Shown here: piece by piece, positions 48,876-56,910 of the stretch
How the letters are laid out: each line of letters opens with the position of its first letter
Numbering within the stretch: the first letter of the stretch is position 1
From: Candidatus Aminicenantes bacterium
GTDB taxonomy: Bacteria; Acidobacteriota; Aminicenantia; Aminicenantales; JAFGBC01
NCBI GenBank assembly: GCA_963702005.1
Contig: OY969696.1
Span: 3,200,001 to 3,264,000, forward strand
Direction: 5' to 3'
Length of the DNA: 64,000 bases
Program-made: the position numbers and the translations under genes
The notes under the pieces: model-generated
Seen by the model: the letters and a program-made list of their open reading frames with translations, nothing else
What the model was told of the DNA's origin: nothing
Databases searched by the model: none

Positions 48876-49298
48876 ATGACAAAAAAAGCCCCGGCCAAGA
48901 GTTCTTCCAAGAAGACGAGCCTGCTCGTCGACGATTCCCTTCACAACCGACGGCGAGAGTGGCGCCTCGACCTTCCCTTGGTGGTCGTCGTTGAAGGCAA
49001 GCTCCCCCGCGGCAACAAATTCCGCGAGCCGACCCAGCTCGAAAACATCAGCTCGGGCGGGGCTTATTTCTGTCTCGATTCGGGGATCATCGTCGGGTCC
49101 AAGCTCAACCTCGTCATCGACCTTCCCAAAAGGATGACCAAAGGGAGACGGGTCAAGCTCATGGTCGGCGGGACCACGGTCCGGCTCGAAGACGTCGGTA
49201 AAATGGTCAAAAAGCAGGGTGTCGCCGTCCGTTTTTTTAAACGTTATCGGTTCCTGCCTCCCAACCCCTCCTCCCCTCCCAAGCGGGCGGGAGGCTAG
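48876..49298 (+). CDS. PilZ domain protein
   Basis: RRREWR (RxxxR) and NISSGG (D/NxSxxG) motifs; GVAVRF. Confidence 0.8.
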   Translation: MTKKAPAKSSSKKTSLLVDDSLHNRRREWRLDLPLVVVVEGKLPRGNKFREPTQLENISSGGAYFCLDSGIIVGSKLNLVIDLPKRMTKGRRVKLMVGGTTVRLEDVGKMVKKQGVAVRFFKRYRFLPPNPSSPPKRAGG

Positions 49299-49303
49299 GG
49301 ACC

Positions 49304-50047
49304 GTGCTGACCGTCGCGCTTACGGGAGGAATCGCCAGCGGAAAATCCGTCGTCGCTTCCATCCTGGGCGACCTCGGCTGCTTCATTCATACGGCCGACG
49401 CCGTCGCCCGCGAGCTCATGGCGCCGGGAGGGCCGGCCTTCGCCAAGGTCGTGGCCCGCTTCGGCCCGTCCATTCTCGCCCTCGACGGGTCGATCGACCG
49501 CGCCCGGCTGGGGGCCGTCGTTTTCGCCGACGCCTCGGCCCGGGCCGCCCTCAACGCCATCGTCCATCCGCTCGTGCTGGCAAAAAAAAAGAAGGTCATG
49601 GCCGCCCTCGAGCGGGACGGCCGCACCTCCATCTACGTTTCCGAGGCCGCCTTGACCGTCGAGGCGGGATTCCAGGCTTACTTCGATACGGTCGTCGTCA
49701 CGACCTGCCGGCCCGAGATTCAGCTCCGCCGGCTCATGGACCGAGATGGGATCGGCGAGGAGGAGGCCCTCCGCAAGATCCGCTCCCAGATGCCGGCCGG
49801 GGAGAAAGTCAAGTTCGCCGATCACGTCATCGACACGTCGGGGAGCTTGGCCGAAACGGTCGAGCGGACGGAGGAAGTCTGGCGGGCCCTGGTTCAAGCC
49901 GCCGCTCTCAAGGAAAAGCCTAAGCGCGCAGGGCGGCCGCAAAGAGAGGGATCAGCAGCTCGTGGGGCCCGACAAAGTAAAACCCCCGGCCCTTCTCGCC
50001 GACGGGGCGGCGGACGACGTTCTGGTAGGGCCGGTAGTGATGGATGA
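49304..50047 (+). CDS. coaE: Dephospho-CoA kinase
   Basis: ALTGGIASGKS, AD, IDRARLG-VF, LNAIVHP and RSQMP motifs; 3' end overlaps the convergent gene. Confidence 0.95.
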   Translation: MLTVALTGGIASGKSVVASILGDLGCFIHTADAVARELMAPGGPAFAKVVARFGPSILALDGSIDRARLGAVVFADASARAALNAIVHPLVLAKKKKVMAALERDGRTSIYVSEAALTVEAGFQAYFDTVVVTTCRPEIQLRRLMDRDGIGEEEALRKIRSQMPAGEKVKFADHVIDTSGSLAETVERTEEVWRALVQAAALKEKPKRAGRPQREGSAARGARQSKTPGPSRRRGGGRRSGRAGSDG

Positions 50048-50984
50048 AATCGAAGACGGCCGTTGAGAAATTCTCGACCTTGGTCCCTTTGTTCCGGACG
50101 TAGTTGAGAGCTTTGAGAAAGACCTCGGGCAGGATGACGGCCGAGCCGGCGTTGATGAAGACGCCACCCTCCCCCAGCCCCTCCAGGATGCCGCAGAGCA
50201 GGAAGAAATCCTGAAGAGACGTCTTCCCCAGCGCCTCCCCGCTCGCTTGGGGATGGACATGGATCGTGTCCGTTCCGAGCGCGACGTGGACGGTCGCCGG
50301 AATGCCCTGGCGCTGGGCGGCCGCGAGCAGGCTGAGATCTTTGTGCGGGAAATCGGAGGCGGCGATCATCCGCCCGACGGCTTCGCCCAGACCGAGCCCG
50401 GCCCGGGCGCCTTCGTTGATGGCGCGGTTGATGAGCTCGCCCGTCTCCCGGGCCATCCCGAACCGGCCGTCCCGGATCCGGTCCTCGACGTCCTCCGAGG
50501 TTTGGCCGGCGAAGGCGATCTCGAAATCGTGGATGACGCCTGCGCCGTTGAGGACGAGGGCCGTGATCCAGCCTTCCCGGATGAGGTCGATCAGGACGGG
50601 GCTCAGGCCGACCTTGATGACGTGGGCGCCCATTCCGAAAACGACGGCCCGCTCCCGGCTCCGGGCGCTCCGGACCAGACCGCAGAACTCACGGAGGTCC
50701 TTGGCGGACAGGAAGTCGGGAAGGTTGGAGAGGAAACGGCCGACCGTGTCCTGGGAGGTCGAGGAGCGGGCGAACTGCCCGACATGAACCTTGCTCGGCC
50801 GCGAGCGAAGGGAATAGGTCTTTAATCCCTGGCGGGCGGGCGGGCGGACCACGGCCCCGCTTTGGGTCTGAAGGCTCGACTCCGTTCGGCCCTTGTTCGA
50901 GGCGCCGCGGCGCCGCCGGATAGTCTTGGTGGTCTTCGTAGTCTTGGGCATGGTCGGGATCGGACGGCCCGGGTCGGCCGTCAC
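49920..50984 (-). CDS. Deoxyhypusine synthase-like protein (GSU2086-type)
   Basis: RPSKV, GMGAHVIKVGL, NGAG-IHDFE, FGMARETG and GSAVILPEVFLKA motifs; start at 50984 or 50951. Confidence 0.7.
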   Translation of the reverse strand: MTADPGRPIPTMPKTTKTTKTIRRRRGASNKGRTESSLQTQSGAVVRPPARQGLKTYSLRSRPSKVHVGQFARSSTSQDTVGRFLSNLPDFLSAKDLREFCGLVRSARSRERAVVFGMGAHVIKVGLSPVLIDLIREGWITALVLNGAGVIHDFEIAFAGQTSEDVEDRIRDGRFGMARETGELINRAINEGARAGLGLGEAVGRMIAASDFPHKDLSLLAAAQRQGIPATVHVALGTDTIHVHPQASGEALGKTSLQDFFLLCGILEGLGEGGVFINAGSAVILPEVFLKALNYVRNKGTKVENFSTAVFDFIHHYRPYQNVVRRPVGEKGRGFYFVGPHELLIPLFAAALRA

Positions 50985-51256
50985 TTGTTGGCCAGGTGCT
51001 TGAGGTCCTGGCCGGAGCGGAATTTTACGCGCCGGCCTTCGGCGATCTTGATCTGTTTACGGCGGCGGATGTCGCGGCCGAAGCCCGTCTTCTTGGCCAC
51101 GACCTTGAAACTGCCGAACCCCCGGATCTCGATTTTCTCGGACGCGGCCAGCGCGCGCTTGAGGGCGTCGAGGATGGTCTCCACGATCTGCAAAGACTTG
51201 GCCCTGTTCAATTCGGTCTTCTTCTCAATTACAAGGGCGATGTCGTTCTTGATCAT
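50981..51256 (-). CDS. HU/IHF family DNA-binding protein
   Basis: MIKNDI..., IEIRGFGSF, GR and VKFR-G motifs. Confidence 0.93.
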   Translation of the reverse strand: MIKNDIALVIEKKTELNRAKSLQIVETILDALKRALAASEKIEIRGFGSFKVVAKKTGFGRDIRRRKQIKIAEGRRVKFRSGQDLKHLANK

Positions 51257-51318
51257 GGGAGAACTCCTCTGCTCCGCAAAACGTAGGCACATAATAATTA
51301 AACAAACACCCTAGAAAA

Positions 51319-51401
51319 GTCAACCCCTCGACACCCATACTAAGCCGTTTTCGGCTTAGTATGAGTACTGCAAGGCTGGGTAGCGTCGGCGAACGGGTCA
51401 A
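51319..51401. mobile_element. GTCAA-bounded hairpin mini-element, 83-bp single unit
   Basis: 82/83 identical to 27739-27821; the only change is in the hairpin loop (TTTC to TTTT). Confidence 0.85.
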
Positions 51402-51465
51402 GATCGCCGCCGTTTCGGCGCGGTCGCGTCGGCAGGCGCGGAGGAGACAGACCGGGCGTTATCGG

Positions 51466-51494
51466 TTGACTTGAGATCGGGACCTTTCTATAAT
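51466..51494 (+). promoter_or_regulatory. sigma70 promoter of nfeD-slipin
   Basis: TTGACT-17 bp-TATAAT, 9 bp before GTG 51504. Confidence 0.8.
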
Positions 51495-51503
51495 CAAAGC
51501 AAG

Positions 51504-52781
51504 GTGAAAAAGTTTCCGCTCCTTTGGCTGTGGCTGGCGTCCGCCTCGACGCTTTCAGCGGGGACGGTCCTCCGCCTCGACGTCCAAGCGCCCATTCATC
51601 CCATCAGCTCGGAGTACATCCGAAACGGCATCGCCCGGGCCGAGCGCGACGGCGCCGCCCTCATCATCCTCCGCCTCAACACCCCGGGCGGGTTGGACTC
51701 GTCGATGCGCGAGATCATCGAACGAATCCTGGCCTCGCGCGTCCCGGTCGCTGCCTACGTGAGCCCGAGCGGGGCCCGGTCGGCCTCGGCCGGCTTCTTC
51801 ATCGGCGTCGCCTGCGATCTGTTCGTCATGGCGCCGGGAACGAACACGGGGGCCGCCCATCCGGTCGGGATCGGGATCGGCGGCCAGGCCATGGACAAGA
51901 CCACGGAGGACAAGATCACCCATGACGCGGCCTCCTACATTAAAACCCTGGCCGAACGGCGCGGCCGGAATGTCAAGATGGCCGAGGACGCCGTTCGCAA
52001 CAGCTTGTCCTACACGGAGAAAGAGGCCCTGGCCGGCAAGCTGATCGATTTCATCGCCGCCGACGAGGCCGAGCTCCTGGCCCGCCTGGACGGTAAAACG
52101 GTTCGGCTCTTCAACGGCGAAGAGCGGACCCTCGGCCTCAAGGACGCCCGGATCGTGGACCTGCCCATGTCGTTCCGGCAGAGGTTTCTGATCACGATAT
52201 CGAACCCCAATTTAGCCTACATCCTGCTCATGCTGGGACTGCTCGGCCTCTACTTCGAGTTCGCGAACCCGGGCGCCATCCTGCCCGGGGTATTTGGCGG
52301 CATCAGCCTGCTCCTGGCCATCTTCGCCTTCCAGATCCTGCCCATCAACTACGTCGGCCTTCTTCTCATCCTGCTGGCCGTCGCCTTTTTCGTCCTCGAA
52401 GTCAAGGTCCACAGCTACGGACTGCTGTCGGTGGGAGGAATCGCCGCCATGGTCATCGGATCGCTCATGCTCATCAACGCCCCCATCCCGGAAATGAAGC
52501 CGAGCCTGAGCATAATCATTCCGGTCGCCCTGAGCGTGTCGGCGATCGTCATCTTTCTCGTCTTTCTCGTCGTCCGCGCCCACCTCCGGCGGGCCGTCAC
52601 CGGTCGCGAGGGGCTGCTGGGCGAGATCGGGGAAACCCGGACCGAACTCTCTCCCGAAGGCCGGGTCTTCGTCCACGGCGAAATCTGGAACGCGGTGGCC
52701 GACCGGCCGCTGGCCAAGGGCGTCAAAGTCAAAGTCATCGAAGTCCTGGATCATCTCAAGGTCCGGGTGACCGAAATTTAG
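51504..52781 (+). CDS. nfeD: NfeD family membrane-bound serine protease
   Basis: LNTPGG, ARSASAG, MAPGTNTGAAHP, TM domain and C-terminal OB fold GRVFVHGEIWNA. Confidence 0.92.
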   Translation: MKKFPLLWLWLASASTLSAGTVLRLDVQAPIHPISSEYIRNGIARAERDGAALIILRLNTPGGLDSSMREIIERILASRVPVAAYVSPSGARSASAGFFIGVACDLFVMAPGTNTGAAHPVGIGIGGQAMDKTTEDKITHDAASYIKTLAERRGRNVKMAEDAVRNSLSYTEKEALAGKLIDFIAADEAELLARLDGKTVRLFNGEERTLGLKDARIVDLPMSFRQRFLITISNPNLAYILLMLGLLGLYFEFANPGAILPGVFGGISLLLAIFAFQILPINYVGLLLILLAVAFFVLEVKVHSYGLLSVGGIAAMVIGSLMLINAPIPEMKPSLSIIIPVALSVSAIVIFLVFLVVRAHLRRAVTGREGLLGEIGETRTELSPEGRVFVHGEIWNAVADRPLAKGVKVKVIEVLDHLKVRVTEI

Positions 52782-52802
52782 GGCCGAAAAAGGAGGCATG
52801 TC

Positions 52803-53558
52803 ATGGTCTTTTGGCCGCTGTGGATCGTCGGGTTTTTCGTTCTTTATATTCTCAATTCGATCAAAATCCTGAGGGAGTACGAGCGGGGCGTCATCTTCCG
52901 TCTCGGCCGCGTCCTGCCCAAGCCCAAGGGGCCGGGCATCATCCTCGTTTTCTCGCCGATCGACCGCATTGTCAGGATCAGCCTGCGGCTCATCACGATG
53001 GACGTCCCGCCGCAGGACGTCATCACCAAGGACAACGTCACGGTGAAGGTCAACGCCGTGCTCTACTTCAGGGTCATCGACCCGCTCAAGTGTGTGATCG
53101 AGGTCCAGGATTACATCTACGCCACGTCCCAGCTGGCCCAGACGACCCTGCGCAGCCTCCTCGGTCAGGTCCCGCTCGACGACCTTCTCTCGGAGCGGGA
53201 CAAGTTGAACGCCCGCCTCCAGGAGATCATCGAGCAGCACACCGACCCCTGGGGCATCAAGGTCCAGCTCGTCGAGATGAAACAGGTCGACCTGCCGGAG
53301 AACATGATCCGGGCCATCGCCAAGCAGGCCGAGGCCGAGCGCGAACGGCGGGCCAAGGTCATCCACGCGGACGGCGAATTCCAGGCCGCCGACAAGCTGG
53401 TCCAGGCCGCCGACATCATTTCCCGCAACCCCCAGGCCCTCCAGCTCCGCTTCCTCAGCACCCTGACCGAGATCGCGACCGAGAAGAATTCGACGATCAT
53501 TTTCCCGCTTCCCCTCGAACTCCTCAGGGCCTTCACATTTGACAAAAAGGATAAATAG
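52803..53558 (+). CDS. Slipin/stomatin (SPFH) protein
   Basis: [26 protein letters not shown] and [11 protein letters not shown] motifs; canonical nfeD partner. Confidence 0.95.
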   Translation: MVFWPLWIVGFFVLYILNSIKILREYERGVIFRLGRVLPKPKGPGIILVFSPIDRIVRISLRLITMDVPPQDVITKDNVTVKVNAVLYFRVIDPLKCVIEVQDYIYATSQLAQTTLRSLLGQVPLDDLLSERDKLNARLQEIIEQHTDPWGIKVQLVEMKQVDLPENMIRAIAKQAEAERERRAKVIHADGEFQAADKLVQAADIISRNPQALQLRFLSTLTEIATEKNSTIIFPLPLELLRAFTFDKKDK

Positions 53559-53576
53559 AAGTAGATAGAAAGTGAT

Positions 53577-54251
53577 ATGAGCAACAAGGACTACCGCGAG
53601 CTTCAGGTCTCGAGCTCCCATCTCGTCGTCATCTTCATCGGCATCCTGATCATCTGCGGGATCAGCTTTCTGCTCGGCGTCAACGTCGGGAAGAAGAAAA
53701 CCCAGCTCCAGGGCCAGACTTCCCTCCCCTCCCCCCAGGTCTTGTCCAAGGTCCAGGACCAGAAACCGGAGCCGAAACAGGCCGGGCCATCCTTGAAACC
53801 GGAGGCGGCTCCGGGCCGGACCTCCAAGCCGGCTTCGGAACAAGCCGGAGAAAGCGGCGGGGCCAAAACGCCCTCCCAGGCCAAGGAACCCGCTCCGGGA
53901 CCCGCTTCCAAAACCATCGAGTCCGCGAAGCCAAAGCCGGCCCCCACGAAGCCGGCGACCGCGTCGCCGACGACGTCTTCAAAAATAACCCCGCCCCCCC
54001 TGACGGCGGCCAAGGGGACCTTTTCCATCCAGGTCGCCGCGTTCGAGAAGCGCGAGGACGCCCTTCAAGCCGCCAAGAAATTCGACGGCCAGGGCTATAT
54101 CTGCCGCGTCCTCGACCCCTTCCCCGGCGACCGGATCAAATACTACCGAGTCAGGATCGGCGCTTTCAAGACCCGAGATGAAGCTCTGGCCGCCCGAAAT
54201 AAGTTTCTGACGACCGGACACAAGAGCGATTATTTCGTGGTCCAGAATTGA
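53577..54251 (+). CDS. SPOR domain protein (DedD/FtsN-like)
   Basis: One TM helix, P/K/A-rich linker, FSIQVAAF...YRVRIGAF. Confidence 0.85.
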   Translation: MSNKDYRELQVSSSHLVVIFIGILIICGISFLLGVNVGKKKTQLQGQTSLPSPQVLSKVQDQKPEPKQAGPSLKPEAAPGRTSKPASEQAGESGGAKTPSQAKEPAPGPASKTIESAKPKPAPTKPATASPTTSSKITPPPLTAAKGTFSIQVAAFEKREDALQAAKKFDGQGYICRVLDPFPGDRIKYYRVRIGAFKTRDEALAARNKFLTTGHKSDYFVVQN

Positions 54252-55783
54252 GGCGGTCGGCGATCCTCCTTTCTCTGCTCGGCGGCGCCCTGACCGCGCT
54301 CAGCTTTCCCAAATTCGGCCTGTCCTTCCTGGCCTGGATCTCGCTTATCCCATTCTTCTTCGCCCTCCAAGGACGCCGACCCCGCTCCGCCTTCGGCCTG
54401 GGCCTCGCCGCCGGCGCCGTCTTCTACGGAATCCTGCTCTACTGGATCCCGGACGTCCCGGCCCACTACGGGAACATGTCCAAGGGCTTGAGCTTTCTCA
54501 TCTACATCATTCTCATCATCTTCCTCGGCCTCTTCTGGGGATTGTTCTCTTCCGTCTATGCCGTCGCGGGCCGCGCCTTCCCCCGCTGGGCTTGGCTCCT
54601 CGCCCCTATCATCTGGACCGGGTCCGAATTCATCCTGAGCCGTTTCTTGACGGGGTTCCCTTGGGGGATCCTCGGGACGAGCCAATACCAAAATCTCCCC
54701 CTGATCCAGGTCGCGACCCTGACCGGGGTCTATGGGATCTCCTTCGCCCTCGTTCTATTCCAGGCGTCCTTCGTCCACTCCATAAGATACGCCGTCCGCG
54801 CCCCCTTCTTCGTAGGATTGATTGTCCTGACCGGCCTGCATCTCGCCGGAACTTTGAGCCTGAAAGAGACGCCGCGCGGACCGGAAGCGTTCACGGCGGC
54901 GGTCATCCAGGGGAACGTCTCCTCCGACATCTACTGGGACGCCGTGCCCGAATCGGAAATCAGCGATCTCTTCAACCGCCATCTCGACCTGAGCCGCCGG
55001 GCCCGCGAAGCGGGCGCCGACCTCATCCTCTGGCCCGAGTTCAGCGTCCCCCTCTGCTTCAGCTGCCCAGGCCAGCCCTACCGGATGCTCTCCGACGGCG
55101 TCCGCGGTTTCGTGGCCGAGACCGGGGCCACCCTCGTGGTCGGCTCCAACGAGACGGGCGGAACGCCCCGGGACCCGACTTATTTCAACACGGCCCTCTG
55201 CCTGGGGCCCGACGGCTCCCAGTCCCAATATTATAAAATGCACCTCGTCCCCTTCGGCGAGTACACACCCTACAAGAGAGTCTTCGGCTTCATCGAAAAA
55301 ATGACCCACGCCATCGGGGACATCACGCCCGGCCGGGATCAGGTCCTCCACCGCTACAAGGGAATCCCGTTCGGGACGCCGATCTGCTACGAAATCGTTT
55401 TTCCCGACCTCGTCCGCCGTTTCGTCCGGAAGGGCGCCGCCTTTTTAGGCACGATCACCAACGACGGCTGGTACGGGAAGACCTCGGCGCCCAGCCAGCA
55501 CTTCGCCCAAGCCGTCCTTCGGGCCGTCGAAAACCGCCGCTTCCTGCTCCGGGCCGCCACGACCGGGATCAGCGGAATCATCGATCCCTACGGCCGGATC
55601 CTGGCCCGGAGCAAGCTCCTGACCCAGGACGTCCTGGTCGGCCGGGTCGTCCCCTCGACACGCCTGACTTTCTATAGCAGCTACGGCGACGCGTTCGCCG
55701 TCCTTTGCTTGACATTAGCCGGCCTCTCCCTTATCCTGGGGGTCCTCAAACACCGCCATGAGAGACGCCACGATCGAGTTTAA
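54248..55783 (+). CDS. lnt: Apolipoprotein N-acyltransferase
   Basis: GFPW, QGN, WPE, K-HLVPFGE, ICYE, TNDGW and RAVE motifs. Confidence 0.96.
   Translation: MRRSAILLSLLGGALTALSFPKFGLSFLAWISLIPFFFALQGRRPRSAFGLGLAAGAVFYGILLYWIPDVPAHYGNMSKGLSFLIYIILIIFLGLFWGLFSSVYAVAGRAFPRWAWLLAPIIWTGSEFILSRFLTGFPWGILGTSQYQNLPLIQVATLTGVYGISFALVLFQASFVHSIRYAVRAPFFVGLIVLTGLHLAGTLSLKETPRGPEAFTAAVIQGNVSSDIYWDAVPESEISDLFNRHLDLSRRAREAGADLILWPEFSVPLCFSCPGQPYRMLSDGVRGFVAETGATLVVGSNETGGTPRDPTYFNTALCLGPDGSQSQYYKMHLVPFGEYTPYKRVFGFIEKMTHAIGDITPGRDQVLHRYKGIPFGTPICYEIVFPDLVRRFVRKGAAFLGTITNDGWYGKTSAPSQHFAQAVLRAVENRRFLLRAATTGISGIIDPYGRILARSKLLTQDVLVGRVVPSTRLTFYSSYGDAFAVLCLTLAGLSLILGVLKHRHERRHDRV
55709..55737 (+). promoter_or_regulatory. 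Putative internal promoter for prfB inside the lnt 3' end
   Basis: TTGACA-17 bp-TATCCT, 20 bp before ATG 55758. Confidence 0.55.
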
Positions 55784-56907
55784 GGCCAGGGTCGCGGAAT
55801 TCGAAGCGGCCTTCCAAAACCTCCTCATCAAGTACCAAGACGTCCGAGGTTTTCTTTGACGTCGACCGCAAGAGGTCCGAATCCGCATCCGTCCAGGAGG
55901 ATTTGACCAAACCCGAGGCCTGGCAGGACCAGAAGAAATTTCAGTCCCTCCAGCAGAAGAAGAAGCGCCTCGACCGAGAGCTCCAGTCCTTCGGCCGGCT
56001 CGAATCCAAGAAGCAGGACATCGAAGTTCTGTTCGAGCTGGGCCGGGAGGGCGAGCCGGTCGATGAGGACCTCGCCAAGTCCCTGGCCGAGTTCGGCCGG
56101 CGTCTCGATGAAGCCGAGCTCCAGTCCCTGTTCTTCGACGCCGACGACGCCCTCAACGCCATCCTGACCATCCACCCCGGAGCGGGCGGAACGGAGTCCC
56201 AGGACTGGGCCTCGATCCTGCTCCGGATGTATCTCCGCTACGCCGAACGCAAAGGCTACAAGTCCGAAATCCTCGACCATCAGCCGGGGGAAGAGGCCGG
56301 CCTCAAGAGCGTGACGGTCCGGGTCGAGGGCGACTACGCTTTTGGAAACCTGAGCCAGGAGTCGGGCGTCCATCGCCTGGTCCGGATCTCGCCCTTCGAC
56401 GCCAACAACCGCCGCCACACCTCCTTCGCGGCCGTCTTCGTCTACCCCGAGATCTCCGACGACATCGAGGTCGCCGTCAACCCCGATGACCTCCGGGTCG
56501 ACACCTACCGGTCCTCGGGCAAGGGCGGCCAGCATGTCAACACGACCGATTCGGCCGTCCGGATCACCCACCTGCCGACCGGCATCGTCGTCCAGTGCCA
56601 GAACGAGCGCTCCCAGCACAAGAACAAGGCCGTCGCCATGAAGATGCTCATGTCGCGGCTCCATGAGATCGAGAAGAAAAAGAAGCACGCCAAGATCGAA
56701 AAGATGGAGGACGCCAAGTCCGACATCGCCTGGGGGAACCAGATCCGCTCCTACGTCCTCCATCCCTACCGGCTCATCAAAGACCTCCGGACCCGGCTCG
56801 AGACGGGCGACGTCGACAAGATCCTCGACGGCGACCTGGACGATTTCATCAAGGCCGCCCTCGTCCAGAGAAAGAAAGAAACGATCGCGGCGGCCGGGGA
56901 GCGTTGA
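55758..56907 (+). CDS. prfB: Peptide chain release factor 2 with a programmed +1 frameshift
   Basis: ATG 55758 is in frame to CTT TGA C (55854-55860) with SD-like GAGGT just upstream; the +1 frame carries SPF and GGQ. Confidence 0.96.
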
Positions 56908-56910
56908 TCC

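Noticed and set aside
52212-53843. 543-aa minus-strand ORF, and similar shadows at 43-699, 3196-4464, 8810-10099 and 16382-17815
   Set aside because: Each lies opposite a well-supported gene
55758-55860. prfB as a pseudogene or sequencing error
   Set aside because: The break is the canonical CTT-TGA-C frameshift site
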